A stretch of 64,000 bases of DNA. It comes from a virus. Lineage: Duplodnaviria; Caudoviricetes. The stretch lies in the IMG/VR virus record IMGVR_UViG_3300028048_000089, positions 32,001 through 96,000 of that record, one strand, 5' to 3'. The number at the start of each line of letters is the position of its first letter. The stretch's first letter is position 1. Under the pieces are notes generated by a model that was not told the DNA's origin, did no database searches, and saw only the letters and a list, made by a program, of their open reading frames with translations. Position numbers and translations under genes: made by a program. Shown piece by piece: positions 22,201 through 32,299 of the stretch.

Positions 22201-22930
22201 AAGGAAGTTCTCTATTTGAATCATAACCAAATTTAAAACATCTAGTCATTGGTTCTACATCATTTAAAGTTTTTTCAACTCTCCAAAATTCACCTGTATA
22301 TGGATATTCTAAAATAAAGACACCATTTTGAGCAACATTTGTTTCTGGGAAATAGATTCTATTATTATCATCTAAATTACTTAATTGAATAAGTGGTTTA
22401 TTTTCATTTGTTGTAACATCACCACTTGTATTAACTTGTAATTCTCTTAAATAACCTTGCATGACAGGACATGTTTGAACATCATTTTGTTTACTTAAAG
22501 TACAATTTCTAGTTGCAATAAAAGAAATAGCAGTATCTTCATCTTTGCTTGTAAATACTGTTTCTAAAGCAGGAAAAGTAATTGGGGTATCTAACTCACC
22601 AACATAAGTTAAAGTAAGATTTGTGGTAGCAGCTACAAAATATTTCATTGAGTACCCAAGCATACCACAAAGTTTTCTCATTGAAGAATCTTGAGTACAA
22701 GAAGTAATAAAATCTTCTAAGATATTTTTATCAATGTTATAATTTAATTTATCTCCAATAAAAGCAACAAGTTTAGTTAAAACAACACCTGGGTCTGATT
22801 CATTAGAAGTTTCAGGGTCCCATCTATTGGTAAGATTTTGAATTTCTCTTACTAATTCTGGATAAATAGTTGCAAAATCTTTATCTATGTAACTTTTATT
22901 TGAAATTCTTAATTCTTCATTTGTAATCAT
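19241..22930 (-). CDS. baseplate wedge protein (T4 gp6 / baseplate J-like), 1229 aa
   Basis: SYIDKDF...SDPGVVL, LTDGYNGNV, NGASPESI, TTCRDY. Confidence 0.8.
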   Translation of the reverse strand: MITNEELRISNKSYIDKDFATIYPELVREIQNLTNRWDPETSNESDPGVVLTKLVAFIGDKLNYNIDKNILEDFITSCTQDSSMRKLCGMLGYSMKYFVAATTNLTLTYVGELDTPITFPALETVFTSKDEDTAISFIATRNCTLSKQNDVQTCPVMQGYLRELQVNTSGDVTTNENKPLIQLSNLDDNNRIYFPETNVAQNGVFILEYPYTGEFWRVEKTLNDVEPMTRCFKFGYDSNRELPYIEFPKDIASLIGNGLYVRYILTDGYNGNVSANTINALDSTTSDSWNSLKGADENAEDNLYVRNYSATINGASPESINEAYNNFKKTIGTFNTLTTCRDYSNAIYNAYDSDDVFPLVSNVQVSDRRNDINYTKRVVSYDELGETTINVTDATKLNAYQLCCYPLAPIFSYSDIEVYDNSFLPLTPAGKTVTSEIERAIEENKTISHDYKTLEANDIYAIKNKLSLDGRLTTNYKVNAYEVVEIDTNVIHQLIEDFNARRVDYGYEIPYDSLVESIQKADKRINYVSLMEPELTTYILKRNGLEVPLVSVDGSDFYVDILAKNILNGNVSLFDYDDRFEFELGQKEISGKNMINEHVKSIKTDLNLTLTPNVTTPLYKNEAVQFIAPNVITELTYPAYCYFRFISAIHDVNNPIKANTIYQLQAGEILYMGFTENDTWKCEMYVEGQIIKPVGFDLFATPNTYQSSDYSIYNRSAFKQVNTKNNNQTEFFWALTAQESIEISKVNKVILNKKTKCYWLRNNSTNRLFTSDEWSSTTGGEAILKEGEYFFYTDAAETQLVTLGSGTKISSKLTNLETITADVVDLSDVLEMGMLALKDKWKTLSFSSTTPFTIVENNILTLTEDDTLSITVKEGSSISSFVINSNELTPVPDDVIIHYGFDGDPSETLDNLSISEGGWKARTRLHVNVTRDESQIINDGLETPTSTRQSVSFTLDGVSNPVILNTNGQNFNLNTEMHNDGGLIDTSVTVKTDSGNVPTYPVTMYCYEVALDGDNEPQTPLRNLEGYATYKLDSQDTSGTTYTFDLPLISRDGSDEFGLIMIYLFKTGGSTAQVKFATGPYNGKHYNTDETYGSPVALNEGINIIELHRTSTSGQARMTIENNGVSGTLTIGTLDFISGLNKELALKEFADAVNNSSVTEQSLTEDLMEALENDKFYYNCKIDNAKAIESENLMSPYAFYDANNIANRFTISQIDFKTSNVDVLKSSRQ

Positions 22931-22936
22931 ATTCTA

Positions 22937-23311
22937 CTACCTTTCTTCATCTTTAAACAAAACAAGGTCATACATATTTGTTGTAAAGTCTAAATTATTA
23001 ATTGCTTTAAATTTAATAATAACATCTTTTCCTTGTTGCTCAATTTTAATATCTTTTCTTTGAACAGTAATTTGAGGTGCAAATGCTAATAATTGAGTAT
23101 ATATTTCATCAATCAAAATATCTCTCAACACATAATTATTTTGGTCAAATATAAATCTTTTCAACCTAATACCATAAAAAGGGTCTCCAAAAAGTTCACC
23201 CTTTTCGCATTGTAAAAGTAATCCAATATCTTGAAGAGATGCTTTATTAGAATCTCTTTCAATATTAGTACTACATTGATTAAACATGTGTGGAAACTTA
23301 ATTGAATTCAT
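22937..23311 (-). CDS. gp25-like baseplate wedge / sheath initiator
   Basis: KGELFGDPFYGIRL motif; 124 aa. Confidence 0.85.
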   Translation of the reverse strand: MNSIKFPHMFNQCSTNIERDSNKASLQDIGLLLQCEKGELFGDPFYGIRLKRFIFDQNNYVLRDILIDEIYTQLLAFAPQITVQRKDIKIEQQGKDVIIKFKAINNLDFTTNMYDLVLFKDEER

Positions 23312-23348
23312 ATAATTTTCATTTTAAATTTTTAAAAATCTATCACTT

Positions 23349-23357
23349 AATTTAGCA
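23349..23357 (-). promoter_or_regulatory. putative late promoter motif
   Basis: TGCTAAATTAAGTGA. Confidence 0.7.
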
Positions 23358-23362
23358 TCTTT

Positions 23363-23785
23363 TTATTTTAATCTATAGACATCCATTACAGATGAGGATG
23401 CTGTAATTGTTAATGGTACATTGCTTGTGTTACCTACTTTATCTATTGTAGTCGGAGATACAGAAATTCTTTGATTGTCTATAAGAACTTTGGTATATAA
23501 CCCTACAGGACCAGTTATACCTATTGAAGCTGTTGATATGCCAATAAACTGAGAATAATTAGTTATATGAAATGCTCCATAATACTTTGTACCATTAATG
23601 GTCACATAAGATGAAAAGCTTTTTAAATTAATAAAGTAAGTAACTCCATATTCTAAATCATATGTATCTGTATTTGTAGCTACTTTTGTGTAAGTAGAAT
23701 CAGCTACTATAGTTTGATTATCTATGTATTCTTTAATTGCTTCTAAAGAATGACCATCTAATAATTTATTTTCTATACTACCCAT
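23363..23785 (-). CDS. hypothetical tail/baseplate-associated protein
   Basis: AGGAGG RBS; follows the spike gene. Confidence 0.55.
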   Translation of the reverse strand: MGSIENKLLDGHSLEAIKEYIDNQTIVADSTYTKVATNTDTYDLEYGVTYFINLKSFSSYVTINGTKYYGAFHITNYSQFIGISTASIGITGPVGLYTKVLIDNQRISVSPTTIDKVGNTSNVPLTITASSSVMDVYRLK

Positions 23786-23799
23786 AATTACCTCCTATA

Positions 23800-26205
23800 T
23801 TATGAAACACTGCTAGTGCCATTTAATATAGCTAATGCTTCTGCTTTTGTATATACACCGCTTAAAGTTCTATTACTTATTATTATAGTTGATGCATATA
23901 AACTACTTGCATGAAAAGAAGCAAAACTATTTGTACTTACCCAATTTTGAGTTGCTATTTCCTCACCATCATAATAAGCACCACCACCACTAGTATCAAT
24001 ATAAAGAGGTCCACCACCAGTAAGTAAATTTACATCACCATCATAGAAATTAAACCCTTGGAAATTTGTACCAGCTAATAAAAGCCCAATATTATTTCCA
24101 TATATATCTTCTGCATAAAAACTATTTGTTCCAAGATTAACATCTTTTGAAGCACCAGAATATGGAACATAATTCTCTGCTATACTAGAAGAAGTAGCAT
24201 ATTCAGATAAATTCATATTAATGACAGAACTATTACTAGCATTAGCTGTAAATGTACCGATAGTAGAACTATTTAATTGAATTGTTAATGTAGCATCATT
24301 AATTTGATTAACAGTTGCCACTTCATTACCATTATAAGTAAATTGGCCTACTGTTGTTAGAGCAATACCTGACCTACCATATTTACTAGTATTATTTATT
24401 TCAAAATACCCTGCAGTACCAATACCAAATGTTGTATATTCACCATCCCAATATAAATTAGCACCATCATTAGTATCTCCAATATAAACATTAGAAGTAT
24501 TTACTTCATCAGCATAAATAGCAAAGAATGGATTACTTCTATTACCAAGCATAGCATTATTTACACTTGGAATAATATTACCATAAAGACTTGTTGTGCC
24601 TGAAAGTAGAATATAATTATATAAGTCCGATTGTAATGCTAATACACCAGATTGACTTGGTAAAATAACCGATGCATTACTTGAGGTTGTAGAATTTGGT
24701 CCAAGAGTTGTGTAATGTTGGTTACTTCCATCACCTGTATAAAATAATATATGAGTAGATGAAGAAGATAAGCCTAAGTTAATAGCTTTATCAAAATCAA
24801 CAAAACCAGTTGCATGAAGCATTCCAGTTGTTAATTTTTTATTACCTAAATCAACAGCTTTTGTTGCACCACTATAAGGTACATAATTTGAATATAAATC
24901 TTTAATTACACCATAAGTGCTAGAAGTAGCATATGGAACATGAATTTCACTTACATTAGAACTAGATGCAATACTTAAACCACTATTAAATCTTGGTTCA
25001 TGGTAATAGTTTGACATAGCTATTTTAGAGTAATAATAATTATTACTACCTAAGTTATATACTTTTGCATATAATTCTTTATTAAATTCAACAAAATCTG
25101 GTGTGTATTCTGTTGCTGAAGATAAAACTGAATAAGTTCTATTTATAAGGTCTTTTGCTAAGTTATAATAATCGCTATCAAATTTATAATTAGAATCAGG
25201 TCCAAATATCGGAGTATTGTTTAAATATTTACCATAAATAGAGGTATTATAACCAACATCGGTATCTCCTAATTCTAATTGGTTTTCATCAGCATAATAT
25301 TGAGGTGAAACAGCAATAGGAATTAAATCCCTTGTACTTATAGTTAAAACCCCATTTTCATCTTTAAATCTAAAAGCATAGAAATAAGTATAAACTGTAG
25401 CTAAATAAAGATAATAATCAAACCCATCCATATGGACTATTTCTACTGGATAGCATTCTAAATCAAGTTCACTAAAGAATGGACCTCTAGGAATATCAAT
25501 TTTAGTATCCATGGCGATAACAATGTCTCTAAAATCAGATGTTAATGTATATACTTCACCCTCAACACCTGCAACATCCTCATTTGAGAATGTATGAATT
25601 GACATCTTTTTATTTAAAATATTTTGTAAATCAGTTTGATTACTTAAAGTACCTTGAATATCTCCCCAATTAACTGAAGCAGGACTATAAACAATAGGAT
25701 TACCAGTATTTGGAGTTAATGTTAAATTATTGCCAGAGACAGAAGCACTAACAAGATAATTGTCAGGTTCACCACCACCTCCACCAGACGCACTGATGAC
25801 ATTATTTTCAATTGTGATATTATTACCAGGAATTAATGTATCTTGCTTAGAATCAAATTTTCTAAATGCACTTAAAATTTCGGAGTAATCAACATCTCCA
25901 ATAGTTGTATTCTTAGGTAATCTAGCACTATTTTGTACATCAAGAGATTCTAAATTAGCATGACCTCTTGGTTCATTTTCATTTAAAGATAATTTACCTA
26001 AAATAACAACTTTCTCTGCTTGATGCTCTTCAAAGCCAACATAAACAACATCTCCTACTCTATATTCTTCAGAGATTGCTGGATTATCTGAAAGAGTTGC
26101 TATAATTTTACCTGTCCTAATACCTGCAGACTCTAAATAAGGCACTCTAACAGCATAAGTATTTGAATTGATTATTCTTTCTAAAATAATTGCTTTTGTA
26201 ATCAT
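23800..26205 (-). CDS. baseplate central spike (gpV/gp5 OB-fold) with long fibre-like extension
   Basis: N-terminal YAVRVP...YRVGDVVYVGF...VILG; KQDTL..G.NITI, WGDIQGTLSNQTDL and 2x YVPYSGA.K.V.LG fibre motifs. Confidence 0.7.
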   Translation of the reverse strand: MITKAIILERIINSNTYAVRVPYLESAGIRTGKIIATLSDNPAISEEYRVGDVVYVGFEEHQAEKVVILGKLSLNENEPRGHANLESLDVQNSARLPKNTTIGDVDYSEILSAFRKFDSKQDTLIPGNNITIENNVISASGGGGGEPDNYLVSASVSGNNLTLTPNTGNPIVYSPASVNWGDIQGTLSNQTDLQNILNKKMSIHTFSNEDVAGVEGEVYTLTSDFRDIVIAMDTKIDIPRGPFFSELDLECYPVEIVHMDGFDYYLYLATVYTYFYAFRFKDENGVLTISTRDLIPIAVSPQYYADENQLELGDTDVGYNTSIYGKYLNNTPIFGPDSNYKFDSDYYNLAKDLINRTYSVLSSATEYTPDFVEFNKELYAKVYNLGSNNYYYSKIAMSNYYHEPRFNSGLSIASSSNVSEIHVPYATSSTYGVIKDLYSNYVPYSGATKAVDLGNKKLTTGMLHATGFVDFDKAINLGLSSSSTHILFYTGDGSNQHYTTLGPNSTTSSNASVILPSQSGVLALQSDLYNYILLSGTTSLYGNIIPSVNNAMLGNRSNPFFAIYADEVNTSNVYIGDTNDGANLYWDGEYTTFGIGTAGYFEINNTSKYGRSGIALTTVGQFTYNGNEVATVNQINDATLTIQLNSSTIGTFTANASNSSVINMNLSEYATSSSIAENYVPYSGASKDVNLGTNSFYAEDIYGNNIGLLLAGTNFQGFNFYDGDVNLLTGGGPLYIDTSGGGAYYDGEEIATQNWVSTNSFASFHASSLYASTIIISNRTLSGVYTKAEALAILNGTSSVS

Positions 26206-26214
26206 TCAACTCTC

Positions 26215-27495
26215 CTAGATAAGTTCATCTAAGTCTTCTGCTTTATCAACTCTTAAAAGACTTAAAGTGGTTCTAAAACCATCATAGCCAACATTATCAA
26301 CTTGCTTTGTAACAACATATAGACCAGAACTAATATGTCTTCTTCCATAGAAATATACATTAAGTCTAATATGTGTCATAAGAATTGCAGGTCTTAATAA
26401 ACCTTTAATAGTAATTTTTGCTTTAATTGGAAATTCTGTTACTTTTGTCCACCAACTCTTTTCTGCCTCAGTAGCAACTCTATAAGCATTTGAACTTCCT
26501 AAAATTGGTGCATATACTTCTTCTAATTCACCTCTATCATTAATTCTTTGTACATATTGGTCTGTATTTAATTTTTCATAGAAATTATAGAAAATTGTAT
26601 AACCTTCATCATCTTCAACATCAAAACTTGTAACAATGTTTTGAGAAGGATAACCAATATCTAATTCATATGCTAAAGGCATATTTTTTGCATGTGTAAC
26701 ATAAACAATCTTAAAGAATGGTCCTTTAAATTTTCCACTAACATCATCTTCACATACTAATGAATACATACCATCTTTTGTCAAACTAGAAGATTTTGAT
26801 GCCTTCATGATATTAACTAAGTATAATAAGTACTCAATTGGTGAAATATTTGTTCTTGCTTCAACATCAACTTCAACATCAGTTTCAGGAATAAGACCTT
26901 CTTGTTCAACTAAACTTTTATCACTCATTCCATAAAAAACTTCTTGAAGTCCATAAGAACTATCATATAATAATTTTTTAATTAATGCACTTGCTTTATG
27001 TCTACCAACCCAGTCAGTACTTGTGAAACTAAAAGCACCAACACTTAATAATTTACCTGTACTTACAGCACTAACAACATAATCAATTTTAGAAGATGAT
27101 GCTGTCATTCTTTGTCTAACTTTAAGAATAATTGCTTCTTCATCTCTATAACAGAAAGTAGGTGCAGATAAATCACCATAACTAAATTTAATTTTTCTTG
27201 TTTTACTAACACTACTAAAAACTTTATAGAAGAAGTTAGGGTCATCTGCTTCTGTCACAGGATAAGATAAATTTAAAGTATATTTATTGACTACACCATT
27301 AATCTTTTCAATTGTTAATGATTGAACATAGTTTGGATATTTAATTTTATTGATTGTAAAAACACCACTAGCATCAAAACCATTAGTACTTACTTTATCA
27401 TACACACCAAAAGTATATTTACCAATTGTGATTTTGATAAATGGAGTTTCAACTCTACTTGTATTTGATAATAAGTTAATTGGTTTTGTTGCCAT
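26215..27495 (-). CDS. baseplate hub (gpD / gp27-like)
   Basis: C-terminal KAKITIKG...SGLYVVTKQVD...GFRTTLSL; position in operon. Confidence 0.7.
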   Translation of the reverse strand: MATKPINLLSNTSRVETPFIKITIGKYTFGVYDKVSTNGFDASGVFTINKIKYPNYVQSLTIEKINGVVNKYTLNLSYPVTEADDPNFFYKVFSSVSKTRKIKFSYGDLSAPTFCYRDEEAIILKVRQRMTASSSKIDYVVSAVSTGKLLSVGAFSFTSTDWVGRHKASALIKKLLYDSSYGLQEVFYGMSDKSLVEQEGLIPETDVEVDVEARTNISPIEYLLYLVNIMKASKSSSLTKDGMYSLVCEDDVSGKFKGPFFKIVYVTHAKNMPLAYELDIGYPSQNIVTSFDVEDDEGYTIFYNFYEKLNTDQYVQRINDRGELEEVYAPILGSSNAYRVATEAEKSWWTKVTEFPIKAKITIKGLLRPAILMTHIRLNVYFYGRRHISSGLYVVTKQVDNVGYDGFRTTLSLLRVDKAEDLDELI

Positions 27496-27506
27496 TTAGT
27501 TTTCCT

Positions 27507-27830
27507 TTACACTTGTTTGAATGTGATATTACTTAAAGACGGAACTTTAAGTGTTTTATATTTACCAAATAATTTGATAAATGGGTCTTGAATCTTATTA
27601 TAGTCAGCAATAATCCAGAATAAGTCTGGTCTACCATAATAATGTTCTGCTAATGAATCTAAAGTGTCTGATTCTTTAATTTTATGAAGAACAAATGTTA
27701 CATTGTCATCTAATTGAGAAGTAATACCATAGATATATTTTTTATCTTTAGAATGATAATAGAATGGAAAGGCTGCATATCTAGAAATATAAGGATATGA
27801 TTTTTTTGATTTATCTTTTAATACATCCAT
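27507..27830 (-). CDS. LysM / tail-X-like baseplate protein (gp53-like)
   Basis: HKIKESDTLDSLAEHYYGRPDLFWIIADYN. Confidence 0.8.
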   Translation of the reverse strand: MDVLKDKSKKSYPYISRYAAFPFYYHSKDKKYIYGITSQLDDNVTFVLHKIKESDTLDSLAEHYYGRPDLFWIIADYNKIQDPFIKLFGKYKTLKVPSLSNITFKQV

Positions 27831-27839
27831 AATAGTCTC

Positions 27840-28430
27840 CTATTCAAACTTCTCTCTAAATGCTCTTGTAACACCTCTAAATGAACCTTCTTTTGCAACA
27901 CTAACTGCATCATATGGTTCAACTTCATAGACACTAAAGTTAAGAACTACTTGAGCATATCTATCATCATCTAAAATTGGTTTTTGATATTCAATAGAGA
28001 CACCGCTATTGACAACACCTTTAATGAAGATGTCTTTACCAAATTTAATAGCAATCATTGGAGGAACAACACTCTTATTTGTTGCTTGATATTTAGGTAA
28101 AGCAATTGCCTGTAACTTTCTAATTAAAGACTCAACGAAATCTTCACCATCTTCAAGTCCCCATTTAGCAAAGTCAATGTTCATATCTTGCACCATATCT
28201 CTATGAAGATGTAATTGAACTTGAACTTCTCTAGGACCACTGTGACTATAAGTGAAGACAGGTGCAGTTCTACTTAATGCATTTTGAGAAGCAAAATTTG
28301 AACCCATCTTGTCCATTACTGAATCAGGCCATTCAGGTAATAATAACCACTCATCTGTGTGATATAAGTATAAAACATTTGTAATTGTTGGAGTTGTTGC
28401 ATTACTAGGCATAAATACCTCCCAAAGCAT
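27840..28430 (-). CDS. tail tube initiator / baseplate protein
   Basis: LSRTAPVFTYSHSGPREV...PPMIAIKFG pattern; upstream of the LysM gene. Confidence 0.6.
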   Translation of the reverse strand: MLWEVFMPSNATTPTITNVLYLYHTDEWLLLPEWPDSVMDKMGSNFASQNALSRTAPVFTYSHSGPREVQVQLHLHRDMVQDMNIDFAKWGLEDGEDFVESLIRKLQAIALPKYQATNKSVVPPMIAIKFGKDIFIKGVVNSGVSIEYQKPILDDDRYAQVVLNFSVYEVEPYDAVSVAKEGSFRGVTRAFREKFE

Positions 28431-29838
28431 CTAATACTCTTAATGCTTTTACTTCTCTAGAAGACTTATCTACTTTGTTATCAAGTTCATTTTTAAGTGA
28501 TTGTAAGATACTTTCAACATCTTTATCCACATAACATAATAAGTCTTTGTAAATATCTCTATACATGAAATCACCATCATGACCATGTGTTGAAATATAT
28601 TTATAAATCCACTTGTTAATATCTTCTGACCATTTACCATAGATATCAAATGTGAAGTCTTTATCATAACCAGCAATTAAGATTTGAACTCTCTTAATAT
28701 TGCTAATAATTTCATCAATATGTGTAATTACATTATCAGATAAATATTCTCTTAATCTATCAGATAATAAATATTTTTCATGTGTTTGATATGCAAGTAA
28801 TTTAAGTCTTGTTAAATAATCATAGTTGCCAACGGCATTTACAACTGGAGATACCCAATTATCACCATCGCTAAACAAGACAGTAAATTGATGGTTTACT
28901 TCACTATAGTCACAACTATCAACTAAAACGGAATCTGCTTTCTCCGTGTCAATATCATTGAAAAACCAAGTATGTGTATCACCATTCACATAAACACCAC
29001 CAGGTATGTGTTCAAAGAATGCATTTCCTAAATACTCACCATCTTCAGTTACAATAACATCAGAGTTCTTTCTATAATCACCTTCTAACAATACAATGTT
29101 ATCAGTATATGATGTAGGAAGAATTATAAATAATTTTAAGTTATCTTCTTGTTTAATTTGTTCTTCTTCAGTTAATTCAGGTGAATGTAACAACACAGGT
29201 TTACTAAATGTTAATCCTGCATCATAAGTAACAAATGTTTTTGCTTCAATACTATCTGAAGAAGTTGAAGGTTTATCTGTCATTTGAATATATTTATTGT
29301 GAGAATAAAACCCATAAAACATTGAAATACTATTTTGATATTCAAGAGACAATGTGTAATCAGTATTTGCTCTCACAGGAATCATAAAGATATGATAATC
29401 AGCATTTGTTGTAACTACATAATTACTAGTAGCATCTGCATAAATCTCAATATCAATGTTAGAAGCAGATTGATTACTAAAGCAATTATACATAGGCATT
29501 AAATTTAAACCTAAATAATCTTTAATAAATCTTAAATATTTACCAAGATATTCATGAGTATATGAATCATAGTAATTATTTCTAATTTCAAGATGTTTAG
29601 TAAGATTTAAAACTTCATCATCATATTTATAATCACAAACTTTTTTATAGCCAGTAACTTTATTAGTACCATCAACAGAAGTAGCAATACGAATCTCTTC
29701 AAAATCTCTATCTATATAATATTCACCAACATAAAATTTACTATCATCTTTCTTAACTTTACATGTAGGTAAATTGAAAGAATGAAGCAATTCTTTTATA
29801 TGACCAACATATATATTATTATCATTAAATTTAATCAT
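28405..29838 (-). CDS. hypothetical virion (tail/baseplate) protein
   Basis: 477-aa ORF between the tape measure and tube initiator genes. Confidence 0.55.
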   Translation of the reverse strand: MIKFNDNNIYVGHIKELLHSFNLPTCKVKKDDSKFYVGEYYIDRDFEEIRIATSVDGTNKVTGYKKVCDYKYDDEVLNLTKHLEIRNNYYDSYTHEYLGKYLRFIKDYLGLNLMPMYNCFSNQSASNIDIEIYADATSNYVVTTNADYHIFMIPVRANTDYTLSLEYQNSISMFYGFYSHNKYIQMTDKPSTSSDSIEAKTFVTYDAGLTFSKPVLLHSPELTEEEQIKQEDNLKLFIILPTSYTDNIVLLEGDYRKNSDVIVTEDGEYLGNAFFEHIPGGVYVNGDTHTWFFNDIDTEKADSVLVDSCDYSEVNHQFTVLFSDGDNWVSPVVNAVGNYDYLTRLKLLAYQTHEKYLLSDRLREYLSDNVITHIDEIISNIKRVQILIAGYDKDFTFDIYGKWSEDINKWIYKYISTHGHDGDFMYRDIYKDLLCYVDKDVESILQSLKNELDNKVDKSSREVKALRVLDALGGIYA

Positions 29839-29847
29839 ATCAATCTC

Positions 29848-31983
29848 CTAGATAGTATAACCATAGTTATTATGGTTCAAGTCACTCACTTCAAATTCAC
29901 CATCTAATCTTTCTCTAATGTCATTCAAAACTTGTAAAATTGAACTAACATTTTTATCAATGTTTGGAAGTAATTCTGCTTGAGATTCATCTGTTTGTGG
30001 TTGTAATGTCTCATTATTTTGGGCACTCTCCATGTTTCCTTGTAATGTTTGTTGATAGATATCTCCACCAGCTGCACCGCCAACAAATCCTGATGCAGAA
30101 GTTGCTAAACCACTAACAAGAGAAGTTAAACCACTACCTCTTGAAATAGCAGTATTACCTTGATTAATACCTAATTTTGTAAGCATTGAAGTAGGTGCTA
30201 ATGAAGAACCAAGGCCACTAATGACATCACCAATCATGCCCAAAGAGCCAATACCAACAATACCTAATTTCATTAATTGTTCAACAGTGGCATTCATATC
30301 AAGCATACCACCTGTACCAACAGTTAATGCTTCAATGGCAGGAATATTGATACCCCCTGTAGTTGATTCAATTAAATCTGCAACTCTCCAAATAGCTGCT
30401 AATGCAGGATTAGATGCAATGCTAGATGCTAAAGAGAAGAATGAATTATCAAATAAATTTTGTACCATTTCTGCAGTAGAAATTCTTCCAGGTAAAGCAG
30501 CCATTTGTTGACCTAAAGCACCATACATACCACCAAATGATAGCATGTTATTGTTAATGCCTTTGAAACTACTTGAAAGTTGTTGAGCAGCTCTAATATC
30601 AGAAATGTTAAGACCAAATGTTTGTGCTAAACTAGACCTTACAACATTGTTTTTATTTGAACCAATTTCAACCATGTAATTAGCAATTGCATTTAATAAT
30701 GTATTTGTATTAGAAGCATTAAGACCATTGTTTAATAAATTACCAATATCTAAACCACTTCTACTAGCAGCTATTGTTAAAAGACCTTGCATAGATGAAT
30801 TACCAAATCCTTCAACATTACCACTTCCTAAATAACCTAATGCTTGTGCTAATTGAGTTGCAGTATTTTCTGATAAACCAGTACCAACTAAAGCACCTAA
30901 CCATTTTTGAACAACATATTCAAATTCAGTAGAAGCCTGCATTGTCATTTGAGAAGATGCTTCAACTAATGCCTCTTCAACACTATCAAAAGTTGTACTT
31001 AAATATTCTGTATTTTCAACCATTTGATTCAAGAATCTAGTTAAGTATGCTTCCATACCTAATCTAGCAGCTGTTGAATCACTTTGTTGTAATCTAATAA
31101 TTCTTAATAAAGCAGAATTAGAAGCATCAAATGTATCAGCAATATCTTCTTTAACTGATTGTAAGAATGCTCTTTGTTCAACATTAGCTGCAATACCAGC
31201 CTTAACTAAAGCATCTAAGTTATTTAACATTGTTTCAGTTCTTACATAAGGTTGTATGCCGACAGAAGAAGTTAATCTATTCTCTAAAACACCAAATAAG
31301 TTACCTGATGCAAACTTAGCTGCATTATCCCCCGCTCTTAAACCACCAAGACTAGAACCTTGCAATCTAGCATTAATTCCACCTTGATATTTAGCATATG
31401 TACTAATACCATTATTAACTGCATTCAAAGTAGCACTCATAGTGGCTTGCATTGCTTTATTTAATGCAGTTTGTTTTTTCTGTTCTTTTAAAGTTTGTTC
31501 AGCAAGAGCTAACTCTGCCTCTCTTCTCTTTTTATCTTCTTTTTGGTCAGCAGTAATATTTCCTTCTGCTTCAAGTTTTTCATAAAGTTTTATCCATGCT
31601 TGATTGTCTTCTTTATTTTTAACTGCTTGGTCTTTCTTTGCTTGTTGAACAGATTTCTTAGAGTCTTCTACTTGTTGCTTGTAGATTTTATTTTGCATCT
31701 CTAATCTTTGCTTATAATCTGCTTCATTTCTTTCTTCAATGAGATGCTTTTGATACTCTTCAATATTTTTAATGCCAGCCTTTCTAAGTTCTTGCTCTTC
31801 TCTAATCCAATTATTAATTGCTCGCTTCATTTCTCTTTCTTGTTCAGCGGCAACTTTCTTGGCACCTTCAAGTCTTAGTCTATTTGCAGTTTCAATATTC
31901 TTTTTCTCTGCCTTGAAAAAATCATCCAATGTCTTGAACTCATCTTTACTCATTAAACTAACATCTTGTTTTGTGTCTGGCAT
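29848..31983 (-). CDS. tape measure protein
   Basis: coiled-coil N-terminus, Ala/Gly/Leu-rich helical body; follows the tail chaperone genes. Confidence 0.75.
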   Translation of the reverse strand: MPDTKQDVSLMSKDEFKTLDDFFKAEKKNIETANRLRLEGAKKVAAEQEREMKRAINNWIREEQELRKAGIKNIEEYQKHLIEERNEADYKQRLEMQNKIYKQQVEDSKKSVQQAKKDQAVKNKEDNQAWIKLYEKLEAEGNITADQKEDKKRREAELALAEQTLKEQKKQTALNKAMQATMSATLNAVNNGISTYAKYQGGINARLQGSSLGGLRAGDNAAKFASGNLFGVLENRLTSSVGIQPYVRTETMLNNLDALVKAGIAANVEQRAFLQSVKEDIADTFDASNSALLRIIRLQQSDSTAARLGMEAYLTRFLNQMVENTEYLSTTFDSVEEALVEASSQMTMQASTEFEYVVQKWLGALVGTGLSENTATQLAQALGYLGSGNVEGFGNSSMQGLLTIAASRSGLDIGNLLNNGLNASNTNTLLNAIANYMVEIGSNKNNVVRSSLAQTFGLNISDIRAAQQLSSSFKGINNNMLSFGGMYGALGQQMAALPGRISTAEMVQNLFDNSFFSLASSIASNPALAAIWRVADLIESTTGGINIPAIEALTVGTGGMLDMNATVEQLMKLGIVGIGSLGMIGDVISGLGSSLAPTSMLTKLGINQGNTAISRGSGLTSLVSGLATSASGFVGGAAGGDIYQQTLQGNMESAQNNETLQPQTDESQAELLPNIDKNVSSILQVLNDIRERLDGEFEVSDLNHNNYGYTI

Positions 31984-31996
31984 ATTTCTACCTCAA

Positions 31997-32299
31997 CTAC
32001 TTCTTGCTATTTCTCTTTTCTTGAAGTGTTTGTAGTTCTTTTTCTACTGCTTTTTGTTTCTCATTATATTCATCTAATAAGAATTTAATCAGTAATTCTC
32101 TTTCTTTTGGAGTTATCTTCAATACATCAGCATAAGATGTATTCATATTTTTACTAATAAGATAACACTCTTGAACTACTCTCTTATATCTTTCAGGACC
32201 ATATGGTTTACCACTTTCAGTTAATTTCGGGTCCAAAAAATTCTGGTTGGAGGCGAAAGTTAGTGACAACTTCATATCCACAATTTGGACATTTTGCAA
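31997..32299 (-). CDS. T4 gp51-like tail assembly chaperone, probably made as a frameshift extension of the upstream ORF
   Basis: ECYLISKNMNTSYADVLKITPKERELLI; TTG start without evident RBS; overlaps the upstream ORF across TTTTTT. Confidence 0.6.
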   Translation of the reverse strand: MQNVQIVDMKLSLTFASNQNFLDPKLTESGKPYGPERYKRVVQECYLISKNMNTSYADVLKITPKERELLIKFLLDEYNEKQKAVEKELQTLQEKRNSKK

